Of a stretch of 64,000 bases of DNA, positions 35,836 through 45,914 are shown in pieces; position 1 is the stretch's first letter, and every line of letters begins with the position of its first letter. Below the pieces are notes generated by a model that saw only the letters and a program-made list of their open reading frames with translations, was not told where the DNA came from and searched no databases. A program made the translations under genes and the position numbers. The DNA is from a virus (Duplodnaviria > Heunggongvirae > Uroviricota > Caudoviricetes), in the IMG/VR virus record IMGVR_UViG_3300020050_014748. One strand, given 5' to 3'.

Positions 35836-36754
35836 CCCTAATGATGAGGGTGTGTGGGATATAAGCGAATTAGAGGAGAAGGTTAATAAACCAAACCAAT
35901 GGGGATCTGTTGGATCTAAGGTATTTAAAGCCCTCAGTGTAACTCACGAAAGAATACCGTCAGGATGTTATTCTGTAACTGTAGATAATAGAGATGGTCA
36001 ATCAATATTTATGGGAAGAGATATTAAGATTGATTCAATACAAACATTCAAGGGTGATATTATTGGTTCAGTTATGAATGAAGTCAATGACTTCTGGGGT
36101 AAGGAAAAGATTTTTAAAGATAATGGTTTTCTTCATCGTAGGGGGTATTTATTTTATGGCCCCGGAGGGTCTGGTAAGAGTAGTATGGTATGGCAAATAG
36201 CACAAGATGTTATCAAAAGGGGTGGAATTGTTTTTGTTTGTGATCACCCAAAATTCTTCGTTCAAGGATTACATACATTTAGAAAAGTTGAACCCAATAG
36301 ACCCATTGTTTGCGTGTTCGAAGACATTGATGCTATAATAGCAAGATACGGAGAGTCTGATATACTTCAATTACTTGATGGTGATAGTCAGATAAATAGA
36401 GTTATTAATATTGCAACAACAAATTACCCAGAACATCTTGACCGTAGAATTGTTTCTCGACCTAGACGTTTTGATAGAATATACAAAATTGTTGCTCCAT
36501 CTGATGAAGTTAGAATTCAGTTCTTAAAAAATAAACTACCGAAATCACAGAAAGTAAAAGAATGGATAAGTAAAACAAAAGGATTATCGTTTGCTTCTCT
36601 AACTGAATGTCTTATTTCTGTCATCTGTCTAGGAAATAACCTTGATGAAACAATTGCAGTCTTAAGGGAAATTGAAAGTGATAAACCAAAAAGTTCTGAT
36701 TTTGCAGATAAAAAAGGTGATATAGGATTTGGTCCAAAAGAATTAGAAGATTAA
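35804..36754 (+). CDS. AAA+ ATPase
   Basis: Walker A GPGGSGKSS, Walker B IVCVFEDIDA, sensor-1-like ATTN. Confidence 0.6.
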   Translation: MEIKMRNEQPSPNDEGVWDISELEEKVNKPNQWGSVGSKVFKALSVTHERIPSGCYSVTVDNRDGQSIFMGRDIKIDSIQTFKGDIIGSVMNEVNDFWGKEKIFKDNGFLHRRGYLFYGPGGSGKSSMVWQIAQDVIKRGGIVFVCDHPKFFVQGLHTFRKVEPNRPIVCVFEDIDAIIARYGESDILQLLDGDSQINRVINIATTNYPEHLDRRIVSRPRRFDRIYKIVAPSDEVRIQFLKNKLPKSQKVKEWISKTKGLSFASLTECLISVICLGNNLDETIAVLREIESDKPKSSDFADKKGDIGFGPKELED

Positions 36755-36766
36755 AAAATATTAAAT

Positions 36767-38398
36767 ATGGCTATAAATAAAGAAATTACATTTGGGGAAG
36801 GTGCATTAACTCGAATACAAAAAGGTATAAATACAGTAGCTGAACTAGCTGGTGTAACACTCGGCCCTCGTGGTAGAAATATCATTGTTGATAGAGGTAT
36901 TATGCCACCAAGTATCAGTAATGATGGCCTTGATGGCATACGAACAGTTATACTAAAGGATCGTCTTCAGAATATGGGAGCAGACATTGTTAGAGATGTT
37001 GCAATTAAAACTAACGATAAAGCAAGAGGAGCAAGAACAGCTTCTATTGTGTTAACACAATCAATTTTTAATGAAGGTTTTAGCCAGATAAAAAAGGGTG
37101 TTAATGTTATTGCAATTAAAAAGGGTATTGAAAAGGGTGCTGCTTATGTAATTGAAGAACTAAAGAAAAGAGCTACTAAGATTGAAACAAATGATCAATT
37201 GAAAGCAGTTGCTACTATATCATCTGAATCAGAAGAATGTGGTGCTATTGTAGCTGAAGCATTTGATAAGGTGGGTAAAGATGGAATCGTCAAAGCAGAG
37301 GAGTCTACTTTGAGTAGTGGTATTACTCTTGAAATTGTTGATGGAATGAAAATAGAGAGAGGTTGGATTAACCCGTGGATGGTCAACAATCCAAATAAGA
37401 TGGAGGCAGAATACGATAATGTTGCAGTTATGATTGTTGATAAAAAGATGATCCAAATCAAAGACTTTCTTCCTATTCAAGAAAAAATGGCAACATCTGG
37501 TATTGGAGAACTTCTTATTATAGCAGAAGATGTTGATGGTGAGGCGCTTGAGACACTCGTGGGTAATAATATGAGAGGAGGATTTCGTGTTGTTGCAATT
37601 AAATCTCCAGGGTTTGGTGTTGAAAAGAAAGAGATACTTAAGGATATTGAAATATTGACTGGTGCAAAGATAATCTCAGATGAAACAGGGAACCCAATGA
37701 AGACAGCGGAACTTGATAGTGTTGGTTTTGCAAAGAAGATTGTTGTATCTAGAAATGAAACAGTAATCATTGGTAATCCAAATACAAAAGAACTTGTTAA
37801 TAATAGAATAGAAGAACTTAAAACTCAACTTTCAGAACTTAAATCAAACATTGATATTAAGAATATGGAGTCAAGAATAGGAAAACTCTCTGGAGGAGCT
37901 GGTATAATAAAGATAGGAGCATTAACAGAAGCCGGAATGAAATATCTTAAAATGAAGATTGATGACTCTATTGATGAGGCAAGAAATTCACTTCAGGAAG
38001 GATTCGTAAAAGGTGGAGGCTCTGAGTTGTTTAGTATTGCAGACAGTATGTCACTTGAAAGTAAGGAAATGACAGCAGAAGAAAAAATTGGTTTCAATAT
38101 TGTCATGGAATCAATTAAGATGCCACTCAAGAAAATCATGATAAATGCTGGTGAGAACGATATTGAAGCAATGGAAAAAGAACTCTCTTTGAGACTGAAA
38201 GAACATAAAGATTCTGGTTATGATGCAATATCTGGTAAGATTGTTGATGATATGATAGAAGCTGGTATAATAGATTCTATTAAGGTTATTATAATCGCAT
38301 TACAGAATGCAGCAGAAGCAGCGGCAACTGCACTCACAATAGGAGCATCGGTCTCAGATGAAATAAAAGATAAAGAAGAAGACAAGAATAATTATTAA
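36767..38398 (+). CDS. GroEL/Cpn60-like chaperonin (divergent)
   Basis: VTLGPRGRNII, NMGA and apical/equatorial blocks are conserved; lacks the C-terminal GGM repeats. Confidence 0.8.
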   Translation: MAINKEITFGEGALTRIQKGINTVAELAGVTLGPRGRNIIVDRGIMPPSISNDGLDGIRTVILKDRLQNMGADIVRDVAIKTNDKARGARTASIVLTQSIFNEGFSQIKKGVNVIAIKKGIEKGAAYVIEELKKRATKIETNDQLKAVATISSESEECGAIVAEAFDKVGKDGIVKAEESTLSSGITLEIVDGMKIERGWINPWMVNNPNKMEAEYDNVAVMIVDKKMIQIKDFLPIQEKMATSGIGELLIIAEDVDGEALETLVGNNMRGGFRVVAIKSPGFGVEKKEILKDIEILTGAKIISDETGNPMKTAELDSVGFAKKIVVSRNETVIIGNPNTKELVNNRIEELKTQLSELKSNIDIKNMESRIGKLSGGAGIIKIGALTEAGMKYLKMKIDDSIDEARNSLQEGFVKGGGSELFSIADSMSLESKEMTAEEKIGFNIVMESIKMPLKKIMINAGENDIEAMEKELSLRLKEHKDSGYDAISGKIVDDMIEAGIIDSIKVIIIALQNAAEAAATALTIGASVSDEIKDKEEDKNNY

Positions 38399-38415
38399 TT
38401 ATATATAAAACAAAA

Positions 38416-38823
38416 ATGAGCACAATACAAAAAACATTTAAACAACTTAGGGATTTTGACCAAATGGTTGGAAAACTATTTGAAGAAAACCCAGAACTTA
38501 AGAATACAAAGTTCGGCTATTCAGTTAAGAGGTTTAATGAAAAGAATTATATCCCCGTTCTTAAAAAATACAGAACTGCAGTTGAAGATATTTATATTGA
38601 ACATGCTCTTGTTGATGAAAAAACAAAAGCTATTATCCTTGATAAGGACTCAAACCGTGGGTTCGCTTATTCAAAAGACGGATTGAGAAAGGTTATTGAA
38701 GCAGAAGGTAAAATAATGGAAGAATGGGATCAGAAATTATTTGATATTGAAACTTATGTTTGTACAGATCTTCCTGAGCTTACTGAGGAACAACTAGTAT
38801 TAATAGATGGTATATTGAAATAA
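38416..38823 (+). CDS. hypothetical protein
   Basis: ORF. Confidence 0.45.
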   Translation: MSTIQKTFKQLRDFDQMVGKLFEENPELKNTKFGYSVKRFNEKNYIPVLKKYRTAVEDIYIEHALVDEKTKAIILDKDSNRGFAYSKDGLRKVIEAEGKIMEEWDQKLFDIETYVCTDLPELTEEQLVLIDGILK

Positions 38824-38827
38824 TATC

Positions 38828-39211
38828 ATGGAAAATACCGTAAATAATCAAGAGGCATATCTTGTTGAATATAAAAAATTCATTGAGGAATACAAAAGGA
38901 GTGAAGTTAGTGGTGAGGAGGTTGGTGAGGTTATCGCGCGACTTGCAAATTACTTTGCTATGTTTAATATGCGTATGGTTGCTGATGATAGAAGACTTTC
39001 TTTAGTTGCAAGAGATATTGAAGGAAGAGCTGACGAATCTGGCAAACCAATATCATCAAGTAAGGCAAAGATATACACAGATGCAACAGATGAAGCTAAT
39101 GATTTCAGAATATCAAGAGCTCATTTGCAGAATATTGAGCAGATGATAAATTCGCTTAAGAGTCTACAGAAAGGTGTTTTACAGGAGTATTCACATTTAG
39201 GTAATTCTTAG
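38828..39211 (+). CDS. hypothetical protein
   Basis: ORF. Confidence 0.45.
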   Translation: MENTVNNQEAYLVEYKKFIEEYKRSEVSGEEVGEVIARLANYFAMFNMRMVADDRRLSLVARDIEGRADESGKPISSSKAKIYTDATDEANDFRISRAHLQNIEQMINSLKSLQKGVLQEYSHLGNS

Positions 39212-39214
39212 ATT

Positions 39215-39508
39215 ATGCAAATAGAACGCTCTTGTAAAAATTGTGGGAGTAAGTTTTTTGCTAAAAAACATAAGCAATTATTCTGTAGTAGACGTTGTTT
39301 TAAACAAGATTACTTTAAGAAAAAGAAAGCTGAGTTTGAGGGGAAGTTCCCAGCATATAAATGTTCTAAGTGCTTAAAATCAACAAATCTTAATTTTGAC
39401 CCAGTTCAAAATACTCTTAGGTGGGCTGAATTCAAGTGTCCACACTGTAATGATCCAGACATTAATATATATGTAATATTCTCAATAGAAACATTTATAG
39501 TATTTTAA
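39215..39508 (+). CDS. zinc-finger protein
   Basis: CKNCG...CSRRC...CSKC...CPHC motifs. Confidence 0.45.
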   Translation: MQIERSCKNCGSKFFAKKHKQLFCSRRCFKQDYFKKKKAEFEGKFPAYKCSKCLKSTNLNFDPVQNTLRWAEFKCPHCNDPDINIYVIFSIETFIVF

Positions 39509-39510
39509 TA

Positions 39511-39546
39511 AAAAACAACCCTATTAGTTAGGGTTGTTTTTTATTG
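39511..39546. terminator. bidirectional rho-independent terminator between convergent blocks
   Basis: AAAAA-CAACCCTA-TTAGT-TAGGGTTG-TTTTTTATT; the hairpin overlaps the stop codon of the giant gene. Confidence 0.7.
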
Positions 39547-42500
39547 TGTTAGTTAAATTTGAGTATTTTTGAGTTGGTGTGTCAATGTTCGGTGTCTCAG
39601 GGTTTAATGAGAAATCAACACCTTCAGATGCCTCAAGATAAGCCTTAGCAACCTTAGGTGATGCATTAATTATAGTATTAAGTCTATATACATACCGGGG
39701 GGTATCGTACTTACCTGTGTCAAATGAAATATTACCATCTTTTGTTACTGCAGCCCATCGAGCGATTGAATCAATGTCTTCTTGTGTATATGTTCCATTA
39801 TCAACATTATCAAGGAAAAAATCTTCAATTTCTTTTATTAATTCCTTTTTATTTGCTTTTGATATTCCTTTTTTATTGTATTCTTTTTTTATGTTTTTAA
39901 ATAATTTTATAAACTGATTTAATGATTTATTTTCGAGTGGTATATCAGTCAATGATTCTCTGACATTTTTAACACCAAGTTTATCAGCATCTAATCTTAC
40001 CTTGTCTGGTATTCTAAAAGTTATTGTTTCTGGTAGGCTTAACCACTTCTCTTGATATGGAGTTATTCTTCCACCACTTTCTTTTATATTTTTAATTAAT
40101 TCAATTGATGGTTTTAATCTAGTAAAAACCTCATCAAGATTTTTACTTTTTTCTGATATTTTTTCAATATTAAATATTTTTTGGATATTTGACATTGCAC
40201 CTTTAATTGATCTTGCTTCACTATTTGATATCGTATCTCCTATTTTTTCTTCTGTTTTTTTAATATTAAATTTTTTTTGAATGTTTAGTATTGTATCACT
40301 ATATGTTTCTTTTTCTTTTGTTGATTTTTTTATATTTTTAGGTATGTTTTTATCACTCAGTTTTTTAAAAACTTGTTTTATCATCCAAGATGGATTATTG
40401 TCTTCACTTCTATTTACTATATCTAGTGATTTTTTGGAGTCAAGGGCTTCCTGTAGGGCCTGACTTCTTAGTTGTCTTTCTGTTTTACCCCAAGATGGAA
40501 TTGCGATAAAATCATCTGGACTTGAATTAGTAAAACCAGACTCAACAAGATTTCCATTTGAAAAAATATCATATTTTGACCTACCCTCCCCTGGTTTTAC
40601 TTTGTAAATTTTAATTTTTAAATCATTTTCTATTATTGTATCCATAACACGATTTACTACAGATATGTGACTTGTCTGATCATCTCCAACAAGCTGATTT
40701 TTGATAACATTAATTATGTTCTTTGATGTAACATATCCAGATTTTGTAACATTAACTTCAGTGAATGGTGTCGCCAGATTTCCTCTCTTGAGTACAGCAT
40801 TAGCATAACTCTCAGGAACACCACCCTCACCAACTTTTATAATAAGCATCTTGTCCCCATCTTGGTCAGCTTGGTGTATAACTCTCTCGTTAAAATGACT
40901 CACAACAGCATGTTCTCTTCCAAGACTCTCGTGCCCTAATTTTGTGCCGTTAATAGCCTTAGCAACTGTGATGTTGTTAATATCATAAGAAGGATCGCGC
41001 ATAATCATAACCTTATCACCTTCTTTTATATCCCTCTTCTTCATAAATTCAGCACCTAGTACAACTTCATCATCTTTAACATACCGCCATGGTTTATTAG
41101 GTCCATCTATTGGTAATTTAATGGATGGTGAGTAGAATAATCTACCACTATTAGGTAGGTTGTCAGACAATACTGTTTCCATAAACATGTTCTTTGATAT
41201 CTTCTCGAGGTTGTGGGCAAGGTTTACTCTTGCGGCTCCAAGCTTAAATGATTCACCCATTGGTCCGTAGAATAGTTCATCTTTATCTAAGTTATATTTT
41301 TCTGCGTATTTATCTATGACTTTTTCTAGTTTTTCTTTTGTATTTGCTTCCATTGCCTCCTTGTTAAAGGCCTCAAAATCTTTTCTTCTTTTGGCTGTTT
41401 CCGCAAGCATATCTTCTGTTACTTTTGGATCATTACTTGAGAATTTTCTTTCTAGGGATGATTTAACACGTCCATCCTCACTTGCGCTAATAGGTTTAAA
41501 ATATATATCAGATATATTTACATCGAGTGATCCCTCCTTTGGTCCAAGTTTCATGTTTGTATCAAAAGTTACTATTTCATTTCTTCCAAGATCTAAACCA
41601 TATTCTTCTTTGAGCATTTTTCTATATGCAGCATCAGCTCTTGTCATGTGGCTTTTCATTATTATTTTAACTTTTGACCCATCAGCTTTTTCTACATATC
41701 CAGAAATAAGAGGTTTTGAACCTGTTGTGTATTTTGTTGGGTCATAATCAACTCCCCCTATAGATTTATCAAAAAAATCTTCACCTGCTATTGTCTTACC
41801 ATCGACTTCTGATCCCTTCTTAAATGATTCTACTGCTTTTCTTGCTTTTTCACTTTGTGGATCTTCAAACTTAGATGAATCTATGTCTAATTCTTTTCGA
41901 TCTCCTATTGTTTTTGCCTTTAAAATATGCATCTTTACCTTACCTGTTTCTTTTGAAACATCATAGCGATGAGTATTCAAGTTTGATCTTTTAACAAAGT
42001 CACCAGCTGTTGCATCTTTAGGCCAACCTAAAACATCAACAGAGAAAGTTCTTATAAATTTATCATCCGAAGAAAATTCTGAGGTTTTTTCACCCTTATT
42101 TAAATATTTTAAAGGATTAGTATCAAAATCCTTAACAAGTTTAGGTTCTTTTTTTATGAATACTATACCATCTGATCCTTTTTTAACAATCCCGAGTGGG
42201 GTATAACCTTTTTTGTCAAGATGTTGTATTTCGTCTGTTAAATAATAAAGTATATTCCTACTATCAGTTGGATTTTTTATTTCATCGCGATAATTATTAT
42301 TTTTCCCAACATGAATAATCTCCATTGAGTCTTCAGGGAGTCCGTTTTCTTTATTGAATTTTTTTATATCCTTATCTAGTTGTCCAATGTTTTCTTTAGA
42401 TCCTTCTTTAAATACCAATCCATACCCACCTTTATTAAGAATAATCTCCTTTCTTGTCCCAGAATTTGCTTTTCTTCTATATAGCCAACTTAGATCTCTT

Positions 42501-45500
42501 AAATCTTTTGTGTTTGTAATTTCAAAAGAATCATCTCCTGTTGCTTTTTTAATCTTATTTGTAAATATTTCAATAAACTTAGGCCATCCTTCGTTTATAT
42601 TTTCGCCATTATTAGATACCTCTTTTGCTAGTTTTGTTATGTTTTTTTCCGTAAAATCTCTCCTTGTTTTAGGATCTGATATTATTGAAGCAACTCCAGC
42701 ATTAACACCTTCCTCTCCTCTTCCTGTCATTATAAAGTTTCTAAAATTTGGAGATTTTACTTTTTTAACTGTTTTTTCAACGGGTGTCATATCAGCTCTG
42801 TCAGATTCATTTACAATAGTATTCTCAATATTTTTTGATGTAACATAACCACTATCTTGTGTTGTTGGTATTTCAGGTGTTTTAACTATTGTTTTTTGTT
42901 CAGGGATTATCTCTGTTTTTCCGATAGTATCTATATTGGTACCATCGTTCTGTTTTTGTATTGTCGTATCAACTACCGGTTTTTTATTTGGTACCTGTTC
43001 TACTGATTCAACTACTGGTGTTGCTGGATTGTTAGATTCTTTTGCTAATCTTTCTGTGTTTATTGAATCTTCAAATCTTCCGTCTGTAAGTTGTACTCTT
43101 AGGTGGTATTCTTGTTTTCCACTACTCTTACCCCCCTTAGTGGTCATTAATCCTGTTTTTAACGGAAGAATTCTTCCCCAAACACCCTTAATTCCATTAT
43201 CTCTCAGTGATTGACTTAATGTATCTTTATTATTAAATTTATTGTATTCAATAAGGCTATCTGGTCCTTCTGTGTTAACCTTTTCGTTCATTTTTGGTAT
43301 TCTACTTTCTCTCGCAACAAAACCAAGTGAAATAAAAGTATTTTCACCTGTTTCTGGATGTTTTATAACACCAAATGCTTCAACTGTATTTTGTGGATTT
43401 TTAAATGGAGTAAACTCACCTTTGTCTATTTTTTCTTTAGGTGTTGTTTTATTTAAAAACTCCATTTTGTTTTTATAATCACTACCTCTATCCATCAAGA
43501 ATACATTATCACCAAACGGAGCTTCTCCTGATTTTACTGCTTTGTCAAATGCTTCTATGTTTAATCTAGTCTTTCCTTCATTAATAGTACTTCCACCTCC
43601 AGTTAATGGATAAATACCTGTAGCTGAGAATTTACCACTAGGTTTTTCTGTGAAATTAACAGGTGAAAGATCCTTTTGTGTTGAATTGCCGTATGTTTCA
43701 TAAAGATGATTAGGAATTTTATCACCAAGTACACCCGTAATTGTTTTTGATTCTTGTAATTGTTTTGCTATAGATTTTACATCAGCAATATCTGCACGAT
43801 CTCTGATTATAGCACCCATACCTCCTTTATCTAATTGTCTAACAGAAGCAAGGGCTTTCAGTAACTCAGAGTCAGACTCACGAGGTGTCCAACCTTCATC
43901 ATAAGCAGCTTGTTCTATGTTTGTTAAAGCTTCTTCTTTTATTGACTCTAATTCTTTTTGTGTGTATTTTCTTGATCCATTTCCACTCTTAGTTGTATTA
44001 ACGGGTGCCCATTTATTAAGAACATCATTAGAAGCCTCATCAGCAACCTTGTTCATTTCTCTAACAATAACATCCTCATATTTCTCACCCTTATTAACTA
44101 TTGTTGAGTGTTTATCTCCCTTCCAATTCATTACATCTCTAGATAATGGTGATTTTTGCATCATCTTACTACCCATGCCGTGCAAACCTACCATTGTAAC
44201 CGCGCTGGCAAATGCATCTTCTGGTGATTCTCCGTTTATTGTACTTAGAACAAGTGCAGGTGCTACCATTTTTGCATATCCTTTTAGATTTTGCCCTGCT
44301 GTTGTGAACAGTGAACCCATTATTGCTTCTGTTGCAAATGTACCCGCATAATCCATAAAATCAGACTCACTTTGTGTATCTAATCCATCATGTATTGCTT
44401 GCTTAGCAACACCAAAAGACCCGAAATTAAAAGCATTTCGAAGTATAGGGCTATATTTTATACGAGCTGCAACTCTTTTGTCTATTTCCATTGGGATTTG
44501 TTGCAAGTCAAGATTACCTTCTGCTTTTGCTAACCTATTTGCATCCTTAAGTGCCTTTGTTGCATTCACAACTTGTGTTTTTGATATTTTCCCAGTTTCT
44601 TTGCCAAAATTATTAATTTTAGAAAGAGCGCTCTTTACTTTTTCAAACCCTGGTATTTTAATTTTACTAGATAACTCTGGTGCTATTGTTTTAATTGGAT
44701 TCATATCAAAAAGCCCGGCATTCCACGGTAATGGTTTAACAACATTTGATACAGGACTTTTTGCAAAAACCTTACCCAAACCTGGTATTTTTGATAATAC
44801 TATTCTTGTTTTTGTTAATCCTTTGATAAAACCACCGAGTGTTCCTATTGTTGATATACCATATCCAGTACCGTATGCTATTTTTTCTGCAGTAGTACGC
44901 TCTTCTGGTTCTTCAAGAATAGCCAAACCAGCAGGAGATCCCATGACAAGACCCTTTCCGAATTCACCAGCTATTGTATTTTCACCCTTGTCATTTTCTC
45001 CAAATTTTGCGAATACTGAAGGGATTTCCTTCCATACAGCTTTTACTGAGTCAGTAAAAGAATGACCGAAAGTCCCCTTAGGGTGCTGTACGTCAAATTC
45101 AAATTTTTGTTTCGCCTTAATTGCTGCATCATCAAGACCCAGGAGTTTATAATATTCCTCTTTAGCTTTATTTTTTTCTTCTCTATCTAGTCCGTACGCA
45201 ATCTTTGATAATTCATCAGCTTTTTCTCTTGGAAGATTTGTTATCATTCCAAATTTATCAGGCATTGGAAGATCATCTACATTGTATGACTCCCAGTTGA
45301 GTGCCATCGTAAATGCTTCATCCCTTGTTATTTTACCTTGAGTCAATAGTGTAAGAGGAATGGCCTGTGCTTTTGTTTTTCTAATATGGTCCTTTGTATT
45401 TAAAACCTGCTTGTTTTCGAGTGTGTCTAATCCACCTAGCCATAAGGGTATGATGTGATCTATTTGAACTTCAATTTTTGATCTTCCACCTCTTAGTATT

Positions 45501-45913
45501 TTATTCTCTTCTGGTTCGTATCCTCTACTCGATTTTATTATTATACCAGGTTGGGTTGGATCTAGTGCATATTGCCCGCCACCCATTTTTTCTGATATGT
45601 TTCTTGCTACTGTTTTATCAGATGGATTACCCCACATAACCTCACCCTCTGGTGTTTTTTGTCCAGGTAAAAAATTTGATGAAAGATAACTCTCTGGAAG
45701 TTCTTGCATTTTAGATGAAGAAGGAAGTGATACTTGGACCTTCTCTGGCATAAGTGATTCACTTTCTATCCCCGTCTCTATTTTTTGAGGTGTTCTTATA
45801 TATGGTGATACATAAGAACTAGAAATACCACTCTGTACACTTTTTTGTAAGTTCTTAAAATTAGATGGACTTATTTTGTCTAAATATTCTGAATTTTCTT
45901 TTATATTTGCCAT
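39524..45913 (-). CDS. giant virion-type protein (2129 aa) with N-terminal HNH-like motif and a DxDGD (RNA polymerase beta-prime double-psi beta-barrel-like) motif; candidate virion-packaged RNA polymerase or injected protein
   Basis: Uninterrupted 6.4-kb ORF. Near aa 150-180, QIDHIIPLWLGGLDTLENKQVLNTKDH is a His-Me finger. At nt 40847-40870, ADQDGDKM (compare universal beta-prime NADFDGDQM) is preceded by RDPSYD...H. Confidence 0.7.
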   Translation of the reverse strand: MANIKENSEYLDKISPSNFKNLQKSVQSGISSSYVSPYIRTPQKIETGIESESLMPEKVQVSLPSSSKMQELPESYLSSNFLPGQKTPEGEVMWGNPSDKTVARNISEKMGGGQYALDPTQPGIIIKSSRGYEPEENKILRGGRSKIEVQIDHIIPLWLGGLDTLENKQVLNTKDHIRKTKAQAIPLTLLTQGKITRDEAFTMALNWESYNVDDLPMPDKFGMITNLPREKADELSKIAYGLDREEKNKAKEEYYKLLGLDDAAIKAKQKFEFDVQHPKGTFGHSFTDSVKAVWKEIPSVFAKFGENDKGENTIAGEFGKGLVMGSPAGLAILEEPEERTTAEKIAYGTGYGISTIGTLGGFIKGLTKTRIVLSKIPGLGKVFAKSPVSNVVKPLPWNAGLFDMNPIKTIAPELSSKIKIPGFEKVKSALSKINNFGKETGKISKTQVVNATKALKDANRLAKAEGNLDLQQIPMEIDKRVAARIKYSPILRNAFNFGSFGVAKQAIHDGLDTQSESDFMDYAGTFATEAIMGSLFTTAGQNLKGYAKMVAPALVLSTINGESPEDAFASAVTMVGLHGMGSKMMQKSPLSRDVMNWKGDKHSTIVNKGEKYEDVIVREMNKVADEASNDVLNKWAPVNTTKSGNGSRKYTQKELESIKEEALTNIEQAAYDEGWTPRESDSELLKALASVRQLDKGGMGAIIRDRADIADVKSIAKQLQESKTITGVLGDKIPNHLYETYGNSTQKDLSPVNFTEKPSGKFSATGIYPLTGGGSTINEGKTRLNIEAFDKAVKSGEAPFGDNVFLMDRGSDYKNKMEFLNKTTPKEKIDKGEFTPFKNPQNTVEAFGVIKHPETGENTFISLGFVARESRIPKMNEKVNTEGPDSLIEYNKFNNKDTLSQSLRDNGIKGVWGRILPLKTGLMTTKGGKSSGKQEYHLRVQLTDGRFEDSINTERLAKESNNPATPVVESVEQVPNKKPVVDTTIQKQNDGTNIDTIGKTEIIPEQKTIVKTPEIPTTQDSGYVTSKNIENTIVNESDRADMTPVEKTVKKVKSPNFRNFIMTGRGEEGVNAGVASIISDPKTRRDFTEKNITKLAKEVSNNGENINEGWPKFIEIFTNKIKKATGDDSFEITNTKDLRDLSWLYRRKANSGTRKEIILNKGGYGLVFKEGSKENIGQLDKDIKKFNKENGLPEDSMEIIHVGKNNNYRDEIKNPTDSRNILYYLTDEIQHLDKKGYTPLGIVKKGSDGIVFIKKEPKLVKDFDTNPLKYLNKGEKTSEFSSDDKFIRTFSVDVLGWPKDATAGDFVKRSNLNTHRYDVSKETGKVKMHILKAKTIGDRKELDIDSSKFEDPQSEKARKAVESFKKGSEVDGKTIAGEDFFDKSIGGVDYDPTKYTTGSKPLISGYVEKADGSKVKIIMKSHMTRADAAYRKMLKEEYGLDLGRNEIVTFDTNMKLGPKEGSLDVNISDIYFKPISASEDGRVKSSLERKFSSNDPKVTEDMLAETAKRRKDFEAFNKEAMEANTKEKLEKVIDKYAEKYNLDKDELFYGPMGESFKLGAARVNLAHNLEKISKNMFMETVLSDNLPNSGRLFYSPSIKLPIDGPNKPWRYVKDDEVVLGAEFMKKRDIKEGDKVMIMRDPSYDINNITVAKAINGTKLGHESLGREHAVVSHFNERVIHQADQDGDKMLIIKVGEGGVPESYANAVLKRGNLATPFTEVNVTKSGYVTSKNIINVIKNQLVGDDQTSHISVVNRVMDTIIENDLKIKIYKVKPGEGRSKYDIFSNGNLVESGFTNSSPDDFIAIPSWGKTERQLRSQALQEALDSKKSLDIVNRSEDNNPSWMIKQVFKKLSDKNIPKNIKKSTKEKETYSDTILNIQKKFNIKKTEEKIGDTISNSEARSIKGAMSNIQKIFNIEKISEKSKNLDEVFTRLKPSIELIKNIKESGGRITPYQEKWLSLPETITFRIPDKVRLDADKLGVKNVRESLTDIPLENKSLNQFIKLFKNIKKEYNKKGISKANKKELIKEIEDFFLDNVDNGTYTQEDIDSIARWAAVTKDGNISFDTGKYDTPRYVYRLNTIINASPKVAKAYLEASEGVDFSLNPETPNIDTPTQKYSNLTNTIKNNPN

Positions 45914-45914
45914 A

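Noticed and set aside
40281-45065. Several plus-strand ORFs (40281-40463, 41316-41747, 42354-42848, 42936-43214, 43242-43478, 43917-44351, 44478-45065) inside the giant minus-strand gene
   Set aside because: They are antisense to an uninterrupted 6.4-kb ORF and have Ser/Phe/Leu-rich low-complexity translations typical of reverse-frame artefacts in AT-rich coding DNA. The same applies to the other short antisense ORFs in the track, for example 393-665, 906-1118, 1295-1495, 2048-2395, 23062-23403, 29119-29553, 37195-37770, 46848-47150, 47653-48006, 54736-55077 and 55914-57017.
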